From IMG/VR virus record IMGVR_UViG_3300028706_000004: a DNA stretch of 64,000 nt. The stretch is one strand, 5' to 3'. The translations under genes were made by a program, and so were the position numbers. A model generated the notes under the pieces. That model did no database searches and was not told where the DNA came from. It saw only the letters and a program-made list of their open reading frames with translations. This document shows positions 18,701 to 28,700 of the stretch, piece after piece. This DNA is from a virus. Each line of letters begins with the position of its first letter. Within the stretch, counting starts at the first letter, position 1.

Positions 18701-20846
18701 GGGTGAACGTCGGGGTCTTTATTTGCCCGGTCGCGACTATTTGATGTTCGCAGACTTAAAAGAACACGGCTCTGCTTCACCCCGACGGTGGGCAATCATG
18801 GAAGGCCAATACACACACGCCACCAAACAGGGGCGTTCGCGAGTAGATCTGCCCCAACTCGCTGGTGAGCCGGTTGTCGAAACGTTAAGGGGTGCCCGTA
18901 GGGCCGACATGGGTGGACCCAATATGAGTAGAGGTGGCCGCACGAGAAGACAATCTCGCAGTGGATCTCAGTCACTTCGAGCTTTCCCGGGGGATACCGA
19001 CGCCCTATTTGACGAACCTACCGGCGAGGACATCATTCCTGATATCAGAGATGTGAGGCCAGAGGATCGGGCGGATATCGACCGCTGGAACGCAATGGAT
19101 GATGCTGCGCTTAGTCGTCTAGGACAACGTCGAGTTGAGAGAATCGCACGACGTTCCGAAGCTCGTCGCGAGGCAGGTCAAGCGGCGGAGCGGCGACAGT
19201 CGAATGATCTTTTGTCCCGATGGGATGAAGCAACCACTGGCACCAGTCTCGACCCTGCGCGTCGTGGCTTGAGGTCGGAGCAGAAAATCCCACAAAGGGC
19301 AACTGCCGACGAAGCTAAACCAGAGACTCGCGGTCGCCCCATGGGGCATGTAATGGAAGATTCACAAGAACGCTTTAAAGGTAAGAAGTTTGAAGAAGTT
19401 AAGCCCGACGATTGGGACGATTTGAGTACTGAAGATAAGTTCGCTCTCCTCAGTGCGGAAATGACTCCAAGTAAGAGCGGGATGAGGCAAATTGACTATG
19501 ACCGTATCTACAATGAATTAGACAAGATTATAGAAAAAAGAGAGCTTCGCAGAGACCGTTCAGAGGGTCGCTTTGAAACGATAGCGGAGCGACGCGCTCG
19601 AAGAGGCGGAGTCATACTCCCAGCTAGTGTTCGCAAGCGTGAAACCGAAGATAGAGAGCCCCAACGAACAACGGCACAAACAGCTAAAACAGAACGTAAA
19701 AAAGTTCTTAATAACTTAGAGTCATCGTTTGCTAATGCTGACAGTAGAGCGACCAACAGTGGGGATGTAGTTCGAAGTGAACACGCAGACATTTGGTCTG
19801 AAGCTTTAGACATAGTTTCAGGGTCGGATGATTTGACCCATTCCCAATTGCGTGCTCTTGATGGATTGTTCGAGAGTTATCTCAGCAGAGAGTCTGGCGA
19901 ACTGTCGCCGGTTGAAGGCGAATTGCGTGCTGCCGCGCTAAGTCGTAAGAGTCATATTGAAGATCTTCTTTCCGACTATGAGGGTGATCGATTTATTTCC
20001 GAAGGAGACACCCCTCAAATTCGAACTCTGGGTGGGGGTAGCGACGACCTAGACATTATGGAACTCAACAACCTCGAACTATTTTCTCCAAGCGGTTTAC
20101 GATCCATTCGACAAAACAGCAGCAAGCTGTCGGGTACATCAACGCGAGAGTATGTAGATGCCAGACGACGACAAGGTTTGCGTTCGCAAGCTCATACATC
20201 CAGAGAAGAAAAGATCGGAGATCTTCGCAACCTTTGGAGTAACGCGCGAGCAACTGGTGACAAAGAAGAAATGGATCGTCTGGAACGCCAATTGCGAGAG
20301 CTTGGAGCTAAACCCAGTAGAGGCAATCCTCGACCACAGTATTCAGCTCCATCACGCAGACTCAACCTCAACCAAAATAATGAAACCAGTACGGGCAACC
20401 GAGGCATGCGATCAGAGCGCGAAGGTCGTGCTCAGATTACGGGCGAAGCCACATGGTTTAAAAAAATCGAAGATTCTCTTCAAAAAGAAATCGATATGGC
20501 TTCACGAGACAAAGATCAGCAAACAGCTGATGCCCTCCGAACCTTGAAACGAACATTGGCTCGTCAAGAATCGGGTAAAACCGGCGACAAGCGCACTAAC
20601 GCTGGTTCGTTGACTGTCACACAGACAGAGATTGACGAGATGCTCGATGCTTTAATGCATGTTTTGGATCGTCAAACTGCGGAAAAGGGGTCTCGAACAG
20701 AGATGTTTGCGGAATTGATTGAAAAGCTTTCTTCTGCAGCTATTTCGACTTTCATATTGAAAGAAACAGAAGCAATTCAAAGCAGAACACGGAAAGCCAC
20801 GAACGAAGCAGGTCGTACAGTCGACATCCCAAATACGGATTTATAA
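15711..20846 (+). CDS. HK97-type prohead protease fused to a ~1540-aa multi-module extension
   Basis: Residues 1-173: GNKDS.GD....GAF, WGH (His), EWSIGY (Ser), LYEVSPV..GAN; GGAGGT RBS; 1711 aa. Confidence 0.9.
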   Translation: MPNELLDDIQFKARNGAQISVDNAQGIVECFVSGIGNKDSVGDIVLPGAFNESLKRRKPRVVWGHSWNDPIGKVLEIYEVANSDPRLPEKMKSAGIGGLFAKVQFNLGAEKGREAFANVAFFGEEQEWSIGYKTLQATFDPVKQANLLKEVELYEVSPVLHGANQLTGTISVKDGEYGACGIGGCECGTKNHIASEPDIQAEEEEAFIFEKGQMMGRVPMQMIVIPMPKKPDSDSHHADRDIWSRGEAGPIDMEARMELAQEIHSRTKVPIKIVEATENMVVFLRKMVDGTNRMYRMGYHKASDGRYMFGKPARVKPQTVYSPVQPNMPPIGPMSHKPNHHVSPIQGKETTEEAKSDYLISCTLDNMFEFKDMLQPIFDYYRVTVTPSVDGLLCSDYPSGFEDAADTAVKALGGRLGRGGGLGKGRRAGRALTAAFDPKAWDGDGDGIVQEGTPFQRPSIPGINTNWPGEPKTRIKPPDYPDDSAHVREARKPRRNPNRTRPGKRTVQNRRVERAAGMRSETRDHRLTPTLREGDFQISETLLMHTDTELNKRPILLVELADGTTQPFYMRSGTGDVLRDADALESGEGGSHGNWVPFDGFGLGRRTEWFRKEKYADSEGPTGPGEPLHRYGNEELKKVGETLDASENVQEMLKDRSRQIPMYHGGADEPEGYVPGDDSTLKYARSDDLNEMLGLPSHEEYTNEVFSQIAEDERAGSVRSNTYKYGTRKPTGPREGTPIRGGRGATARTGAGPAAVNPRGPGTRTENIEWDALKAQLPSQAIRNMSVKERKDRIEDLDKKLDVLEAQMDEVGRFDAEYAEMKQRFMQLDSERRKHLISAAIHSWEGGRKSFVRLPVESKGVELELTPDEIDSLRSHIKALIGKSKDSKVNGVLAKYDQKLAANKDGVVKIPRGQYHDFTHAWEKVSPPTQSRMHPKTGRDILEFAALSPTQKFRSSQLDLPDNKYRGFGNKRINNGAHPDITPANQAKMMEAIGAPEGERRGLYLPGRDYLMFADLKEHGSASPRRWAIMEGQYTHATKQGRSRVDLPQLAGEPVVETLRGARRADMGGPNMSRGGRTRRQSRSGSQSLRAFPGDTDALFDEPTGEDIIPDIRDVRPEDRADIDRWNAMDDAALSRLGQRRVERIARRSEARREAGQAAERRQSNDLLSRWDEATTGTSLDPARRGLRSEQKIPQRATADEAKPETRGRPMGHVMEDSQERFKGKKFEEVKPDDWDDLSTEDKFALLSAEMTPSKSGMRQIDYDRIYNELDKIIEKRELRRDRSEGRFETIAERRARRGGVILPASVRKRETEDREPQRTTAQTAKTERKKVLNNLESSFANADSRATNSGDVVRSEHADIWSEALDIVSGSDDLTHSQLRALDGLFESYLSRESGELSPVEGELRAAALSRKSHIEDLLSDYEGDRFISEGDTPQIRTLGGGSDDLDIMELNNLELFSPSGLRSIRQNSSKLSGTSTREYVDARRRQGLRSQAHTSREEKIGDLRNLWSNARATGDKEEMDRLERQLRELGAKPSRGNPRPQYSAPSRRLNLNQNNETSTGNRGMRSEREGRAQITGEATWFKKIEDSLQKEIDMASRDKDQQTADALRTLKRTLARQESGKTGDKRTNAGSLTVTQTEIDEMLDALMHVLDRQTAEKGSRTEMFAELIEKLSSAAISTFILKETEAIQSRTRKATNEAGRTVDIPNTDL

Positions 20847-20890
20847 GATGATGTCTACTAATACTAATAAGACGCAAGAGGTAGGATACA

Positions 20891-22708
20891 ATGTCTAATA
20901 GCGGTCTCCGAGGCAAACAATCGAAGTACCAATGCATGTTGAGCGGCGAAAAGGTCGCAAAGCCATGTGTCGGCTGCATCAACCCTAAGGGGTGTCTGTC
21001 CAGAGCCATGCAGTACAAGGAGCCTCAACAAATGGGTCTGGAAGAAGAAAACGTAGTCAAGCTGAACACCGATGGTACAGCGCTTACATGTTCTAAGGGC
21101 TACAGTACTACTGATTGCGAGTATACTGCAGGTAGTAAGATGTGCGGTAAGTGTGGCGCATCAGCGGTCGAACTGAAAGAGAGTCCAATGGAACAAGCCA
21201 TCGTTAATGATGAAACTCTGGACGACGAGGACGCAGTGCTGATCAAGGCACTTGAAGAAAAAGCCAGCGTCATGGACGAGGTCTCCGAGGTTGAAGCCGA
21301 AAAGCGTCGTATTGAAAAAGACACTCGCGATAACTCTGATACCCAATTAGAGGATGACGATGACGACCCGGATCACGACGAGCACGAAGCTACAGAGGCT
21401 AAATCTGAAGATGATGTAGAAGAAAAGACCGAAGATGAGTCAATCGATGAAAAGGTTGATAACGAACCAATTTCTGAAGACGAGCCGATCGTAGAAAAAA
21501 CTGAAGATGACGGTTGGGTCGGCCTAGAGGAAGAAAAGGACGAAAAAGCTGGCGTTATGATGCGCGAAAGCCGCCTAAACGTCGACGATGAGGAAGAAGA
21601 GGAAGAGGATGCCGAAGAGGAAGAGGCTCCTGCTGCTGCTGCTCCTCCTCCTGCTGCTCCTGCTGCCGATCCTGCCGCCGCTGCTCCAGCCGCTCCCGTA
21701 GAGGAAGCCCCTCCGGCTCCCGCTGCCGAAGAGGAAGAAGTTCCCCCAGCCCCAGCTCTTGCTGAGGAAGAGGAGGAGGAAGAAGATGAAGAATACGAAG
21801 AGTCCTCAGCTAAGAAATCTGTCGGTGCATATTTGTGTGCCCTCGACCGAAAGGTCTACCCCGGCAACGCCTCTGTTTGCGACGACTGCCCGGGCGGCTG
21901 CGTCTCTGAAAAGGGCATGCCCAGCTTGCTCGAAGTTGAACAAGCTCTTGAAGTCCAATTCAAGGGCGCAGAGTACGCAACGGTAATTGATTCTGTTTAT
22001 TCAGATCGCGCAGATCTCTTTATCTGCGATCTTGATGTTGACGGCAAAAAGGTTATCGAAGTATTCGTTGAAGCTAAGTCTGGAGAGGTTCTCGGCTTTA
22101 GCCGCCTCGACGATTCTGTCTTTGAACAAAAAGATGCTTTCGAAACAGTTGACCTTGTTGACTTCAGCGAGGCTGCCGAAATCGCGGTTAAGACAATCGA
22201 AGGTGTAGTCAACGCCGTAGAGCCGGATGTATTCGAATCTTTCGACTGCTACGCGATAGAAATTAATGGCGTAGATGGCAAGTCACATGATGTGTTCGTT
22301 GCTCTTGACGGTGAAGTTTTGGGTTATGACACATACGAGCCGGACGAGGCAGAGGCCATCGAGGCCGAAGCTGCTGAAATCGCCCTTAAGCGTGCGTTCT
22401 CAGACGATGAGCGCGACGATTTGGCCGATCAGGGTCACGCCATGAAGGATGGTTCATATCCGATTGTGTCGGAAGAAGATCTCCGTAATGCGGTTCAGGC
22501 TTATGGTCGGGCAAGTAACAAACCAGCAACAAAAGCTCACATTATGAAGCGAGCTAAAGATCTTGGTCTGGAAGAACTTATTCCGACCAACTGGGTTGCT
22601 GGTAGTGACGAAAAAGCGATCCTGAGTGCAGATGATGCAGAATTCATGGCTTCTCTGATCGAATTTGAATTACTCGCGGAGGAAACCAATAACAACGGTC
22701 CCATTTAG
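20891..22708 (+). CDS. Acidic scaffold-like protein: Cys knuckles, Glu/Ala/Pro tract, two PepSY-like domains, C-terminal YPI...HI..RA..LG domain
   Basis: Very Glu/Asp-rich; FSEAAEIAVK...YAIEI...HDVFVALDGEVLG PepSY pattern. Confidence 0.75.
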   Translation: MSNSGLRGKQSKYQCMLSGEKVAKPCVGCINPKGCLSRAMQYKEPQQMGLEEENVVKLNTDGTALTCSKGYSTTDCEYTAGSKMCGKCGASAVELKESPMEQAIVNDETLDDEDAVLIKALEEKASVMDEVSEVEAEKRRIEKDTRDNSDTQLEDDDDDPDHDEHEATEAKSEDDVEEKTEDESIDEKVDNEPISEDEPIVEKTEDDGWVGLEEEKDEKAGVMMRESRLNVDDEEEEEEDAEEEEAPAAAAPPPAAPAADPAAAAPAAPVEEAPPAPAAEEEEVPPAPALAEEEEEEEDEEYEESSAKKSVGAYLCALDRKVYPGNASVCDDCPGGCVSEKGMPSLLEVEQALEVQFKGAEYATVIDSVYSDRADLFICDLDVDGKKVIEVFVEAKSGEVLGFSRLDDSVFEQKDAFETVDLVDFSEAAEIAVKTIEGVVNAVEPDVFESFDCYAIEINGVDGKSHDVFVALDGEVLGYDTYEPDEAEAIEAEAAEIALKRAFSDDERDDLADQGHAMKDGSYPIVSEEDLRNAVQAYGRASNKPATKAHIMKRAKDLGLEELIPTNWVAGSDEKAILSADDAEFMASLIEFELLAEETNNNGPI

Positions 22709-22732
22709 GGGCTCCCCGAAAGGTGGGTCCGA

Positions 22733-25700
22733 ATGACCGAGTTCTCTCCAAAAAAAAGAACCTACCTCTCAGCAAGAATTCGCCGTAGTCGGCGAGATTT
22801 AGAAGCTGCTGGGCTGGACTTTCTTGAACGCAGAAACATTCTTGCTGCACAGCCAACCCTTAACGCCCAAATTGTAGTTAAGGCGCTTGATGGCAGCATC
22901 GGAGATTCCCCTGAACAGGAAAAAGATAAGTCCAAAAAACGCACAGCCGGTTCAGGAGTTAAAGAAATAGAGCCCGAGGTTCGTTACGACCCCAAGGGTG
23001 TTCGTGATCCCGGACAAGTTTTCAAACTGCATGTCACTGCTCGTGACCTCAAAACAGGTCAAGATAATTTCGGGTGGATTGATCCGCCTAAAGCAGTGCC
23101 GAAAGAAGAACAGCGCTCCAATATGGCTGACGCTATGCAGTGGCGAGCAACCCGACCTCAGATTCGGATACGGACTTACGATCAGGACCCAAGAACGGGT
23201 CAACCAATCATTGAGACTGAGGAAGAAATTAAGGTCAAAGGTCTCGGCAGAACCCTCAAAGACACCCTTCCGGGCCAAAGCCTTGGGGGACGTGCCGCCA
23301 GCGGCCTTGGTCTCATTGTTGACGCTTTAGGGAAGTTTCGTTGCCCCCCCGGTACCCCAGCAGCCAACCAGTTCACCGACGAGTTCGGCACAAACTGTTT
23401 TTCACCTGTGGAGGTATTACGCGACACAGTCCGGGGTCTTGTCAATAGTCTCAGATCCGGTAGAGGTCGAAGCTGGTCATTACCCGGTCGAGGCGACAGC
23501 GAAGCGGAACAGCTGAGATCCAATATCGCAGAACGGCGCGCAACCGCAGGTAAGGCCGGACAGCTTATTGGTAATACTGCATCGATTGAAGCAGCCTTGA
23601 TTGAACGCAACACCGTTATTCAATCTTTAATGGATCAGTACGGCATCTCGGCTGGAGACGAACTAAACGAGGATATGTGGTCATTGTTGGAAGCGATGAC
23701 CGACGTAGATACCGGTGATTTCCCTGATCTGGAATGGAAGGGATTGTTCACCGGCATGTTCGGAGAAGAACTCTGGGACGACAATCTTACGATGCGTCAA
23801 AATTTGGAAAAGATGCGTGCGACAGTACGCGAAGACGTATTCAGTTTCATGGGTGCACAAACCAAAACGGGCGCACAAGCAATCCGGGATGCGTATAGAG
23901 CCAAAGACCCCACTGCGATGGAAATGGTTGACGGTCTTGTTGGTCGACACGAATCAGCGATGCGAGGCTTCTTAGGTTCGACTCTTCACGAGTTCGGAGA
24001 CGATCCGAGAGCCATGAGCGGTCTCAAAAAGATTTCTTTCCGAGCCTACAACCCAGATTATGACGACTTCCAAAGCTATTGGGGTACCGAAGGGGAATGC
24101 ATTCCCCTCTGGGAAGGTACCGGCACCGGAATGGCTACCAAACTCGAATTCAACGCTACTGCCATTGCCCTGCGACCGTTTCAAGAGGGTGGACTAACTC
24201 ATGAGGGTCCAGATGGTCGACCGAAACTCGTACAGGTTGACGCTGGAGGTACCTTTTCAGCATCAGTAACAGACGCCGAGAAATGGGCGGCAATCGCAGA
24301 CTTTCTTACACATACTGAAAAAATGGAATACTGGCATAAACAATATGCAAATGACCTTACTGCTGCTGCTCACGGCGGAAGTCTCGAAGCCTTTTCCATG
24401 CATGTCGGATACCACGAACTTGCGCACGTTAAACAGTATCAACAGATTGCACAACGTGTGTTGGAAGCTTATGAGCGTGATGGTCAATTCTCGATTTACA
24501 AAAGGGATGGCACTGGACTCGAATCATTAACTGCACATCCTTCTGAATGGACAAACGAACAGTTCGTTATGGCCGTTGTCTCCACATTCCAAGATGCGCT
24601 TCCACCCGGCACCACTACCGACTTTCCCCCGATGGACATGGTCCAATTTGAGGGAAGCATGCTGCATCTTCTCGCAGGACAATATTACCAAGACATGGTT
24701 CAAGGTTTCCTGCAAGCAACCTCTGGTGGTTATGCAGAAGATATTACTCCGGGTCAATATGTGAGTCCTTTGGACGCCAGAGGACTACCTGTTCACAATT
24801 CGGCGAAAGCCCACCTCAACCTGTTGTTTCTAGAGGGAACAGCTGAACTAGCGGCTCTTAAACGAACCGGAGGCATCGCAGGCGACGAACTCAATGAAGT
24901 TCTTGATTGGATGGACGCAGACATAGCAGACGTTGTCTACGGGATTCCAGAGGTTGACGTTCCGTTTAAACCCGGTTCCATTGTTCCCGACACTGACATG
25001 GGTGAAGCGCCTTGGGACACTCCTCTCGAACCGGGCGAAGTTATGACGCCATCAGGCATCATCATTCCAACTAGTGCTGTGAAAAAGATAGAAGCAGCAG
25101 CGGCGAGGAAGAGGCAAGAACGCCAACTAACTACGGAGAAGCGAAAGCTCGAAACTGCTAGACGATTGCGGCATCGAACAGAAATACACAGTTGGGGCAG
25201 CGGCGGGGACGGTGAAATCAAAACTGCGTCCGATGGAACAAAATATGTTTGGATCGGAGCATTAAGTGGTGAGGGCGAATGGCAGGTGCTAATTGACGAC
25301 CTGTTCGACCCAGCAGTTTTGGTGGAGCTCATCGACAACGATATTTTGCCAGCCGTCGGCCCGTTTGAAGCATGGAATGGACAGTGGTTGGGCGGCGCTG
25401 AGGGCGGTATGCGCTCTAGGCGAGAATTGGGCCAATTCGACAACGGACCCAGAGTCGGAAAGTTTTCCGGAGAAACACACGAAGAACCAGACGGCTCAGT
25501 CTGGGAGTTTCGCCCTACTCTTCGGGATCGTCCAGAAAAAGGTGGTTTCTGGCGTGATATGACAGACCCTGCAAACCGACGAGAAATAGCCGAACGCGCC
25601 ACACGCAGACGCCAATTGGAGGCTCAAGAGGGTCGAAGCATGGGACGACTTGCTCGCCCGGGGGCTGGAAGCGAATGGGAAAACATTGTCCGGAGGGGCG

Positions 25701-28700
25701 ATGGCGGGATGCGTTCCACAAGGGCCACTGTGGGACAAAGTTTCACTCCCGAGGAGATCAACGATCACGTGATACTCGACGACCTAGAGCTAGAGCTGGA
25801 CAGATTAGACCAAGCGCCCCCCACCATTTTGGGGCGGTTGCGTCAAAAGTTTGGTGGCCACAAAGGGCTGGAACAACGCAAACAAAGACACCGAGAGAGT
25901 ATTGCAGCCGTTAAGGAAGCATTAGCTGAAGGTAGGTTCGTCGAAAGTCTCGACGATTACATGAACCTTAGCGACAAAGAGAAGCTGAAGTTTTTCCATG
26001 GCAAACCTCTCGTCGTCACCGCTGATCAGACAGAACTTGCAATGAGAATCATTTTAGATAATTACCGCCTTAACCCTGAAGAATCTGATTCCGACAAACT
26101 CATGCACGTCAAGATTGTTCCAACTGATTCAGTTACCGGCGAAGAGATCCAGTCGCTACTGCATAAGGAATTCGCCGAGGCATTGGAAAACGGAATACCT
26201 ATTGCGGAGGCATTGGAAAACGGAAACGACGTTGAAGCACAGCGCCTAATCGCACAGTTGGAAGCTACTAATACCCCATTCATGCTCGGCAAGGAACATT
26301 ATGACTTATGCAAGGTTTCCGTAGCGGGCTCAAACATGTTCTGCTATGACCACGAAGGCATATTACGAAATAGTATGCCTCAGTTCAGTGGTCCTGTCTG
26401 GGATTTCGACACAGAAGAACACCAGAAACAGTATGAGGATGCTCTTACCAAGCTCGCCAACGCAGCCGGTCATGTCGACCCCTCAACGGATGAATATGAA
26501 GACTGGTTCAAGTCCACGGACGGCTGGACCGCTAGACGAGAAGCTCACGAGGAAGTGTTGGATGCAGGGGGCGCGGCGACAAAAGCCGCCACACTCTGGC
26601 ACGACCAGTTCGACGAAAAGGCGAGACAACTTCGGCTGGAAGGTAAACTGTCTGAGGAAGAAATCCTTGAAGAAGCAGCGAAAGCTACCCAGTTCGGAGC
26701 AGATACCACTCGCGAATTAATCGATCGACTGAGGGCAGACGGCGTTCGAGTCGAGGGTGGATTTGGCAAAGCAGATTTGCGGCCCGGCGATGATCTCGAA
26801 ACCGGCACAGAGAACCCAATCAAAAAGGCTTTGTTGCACCTGAAGGCCAGTCAGAACGAACTAATTGGACCTAAGGTGATGAAAGAAGCCCGGAAGGCCA
26901 CCATAAAGCAACCCGATGGGACATATATCAAGAACCCGGATCACTGGCTCTTCAAGGGATTCGAAGGTTCTTCAGATCCGATTTTGGTTACCGATGACGG
27001 ATTCATTCTTGATGGTCATCACCGCTGGGCGATGCTCGTAGCGGTTGCCAGCCTGACGGGAGACGAAGACGAAATCTTGGGCCACAAGAACGTTGTCGTT
27101 GTTCATATGCCAGTCAACGAGGCTCTTGGTTACGGGGTGGCCTTTGCCGACGATATGGGCATGCAGCGGGCACCTGCTGGACCGGATGAAGCTGCCCCAC
27201 ACCCTTCGACGCTTCCAGACGTACCGGGGACATGGGCGAAACGACAGGCTGAGCTTAGAGAACAGAAAAGTTCACTGCCTGAAAGCCCGATCGAAGAACG
27301 TGGAATGCGATCTTCCCGTCGCATGGATGGCGTGTTTGACGAAATTACCCGAGTCGGAAAATTCCATGGAGAGACTCACGAAGAACCAGATGGTTCAATC
27401 TGGGAATTCCGTCCCACTCTTCGAGACAGACCCGAACAAGGCGGGAATTGGATTGATCTTTCTGATCCCAGCATGCGGCGACATATGGCTGACCGTGCAA
27501 GAAGACGACGTATTGAGGAATCTGAGTCCGGCGGAAGCATGGGGCGGCTTGCACGACCGGGAGCCAACAGCGAGTGGGACGACATCACTCGTGGCGGGAT
27601 GCGTTCTCAGCGCAGAGAAATAGAACTGCGAAACATGGAACGTGAAATCCAAACCGCAGTAGGGCGCGAACGGGCTCTCGAAACAGAACTCCTTCAGCTC
27701 CGAGAAGATGAAGATGGTTTCGTTATTACCCGTGAAGAATTTGATAATTCGGTTGCCGAAATATCCGTTGAGCGAGAAGCGTTGAAGGAACGTAAGCGGC
27801 GGCTCCAGCAGCAGCACTCGATCCTTAAGCGTCATCGTGACAGGGGTTCCAGAACGGGCATGCGGTCGATTCGTGTGAGAAAGCAAAGTGACAACCCCGG
27901 CGCAGCAGAAACGATGACCGTCCGCAACGCCGACTTGGCTGAAGCGATTCCGGACTCAGCGTTCTCCGCTCCCAGTGGTTGGGGAAGCAACTATGCAACT
28001 GATCGCACTTCTAGAGCCTTACCGCCGATCCAAAGTCGCAGTAGGGCACTTTCGGATCACAATGAGAAGCTCAACGACTCTTTGGATGATCTAATGCATG
28101 TGCCGACTCTAGAATCTGACCGTTACTCCGAAGATTGGAAATACCTACAGGGACCAAATGGTTCATTTTTGGACATCGACCCAGAGGTTGCTGAGTTTCT
28201 ATCCAACCACGAAAAAGACGAAGTTAGTGAGACTATCGCCAAGGCTGCTGTTCAATTCCACCGAGGATTCGACCGGAGACCAAGAGTCCTGCTCGATTCG
28301 GACGAATTCGAAAACCTATTAGAAACAGGCAGCCACTCAAGGCCAGATATTCCATACGGCGAAAACAGTGTTGCGGATTTACGCATGGATTATGACCTTC
28401 GTAACGGTTTTGACACAAATACCCCGGCGTCTCAGCGACCAATAAGTGGGCACCTGTATCACGCCATGGATGATGACCAGATATCCGAAAGCCTCGATGC
28501 CATTGACGGACCATTAATGGAGCGACTCCCTGACTTCTGGGATTCAGAAGGAACAGCCCCTTGGGGAGATCCAGCAGCAATGGGTGGAGACATCGACATC
28601 GTTCTGCGCCCAGAGGTATCTGATAGAACCCATTACGGAACTGGCGATGCCATGAGTCGTGGAGCTATCCCGACACCAATGAATTCAAACGATGCTGACG

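Noticed and set aside
24937-25602. 221-aa minus-strand ORF, and similar antisense ORFs such as 27395..27886 and 43494..44081
   Set aside because: They lie wholly opposite well-supported genes and have no motifs; they are shadow frames
26177-26225. 30-nt-spaced duplication encoding AEALENG twice
   Set aside because: Real, but a small local in-frame duplication with no evident function
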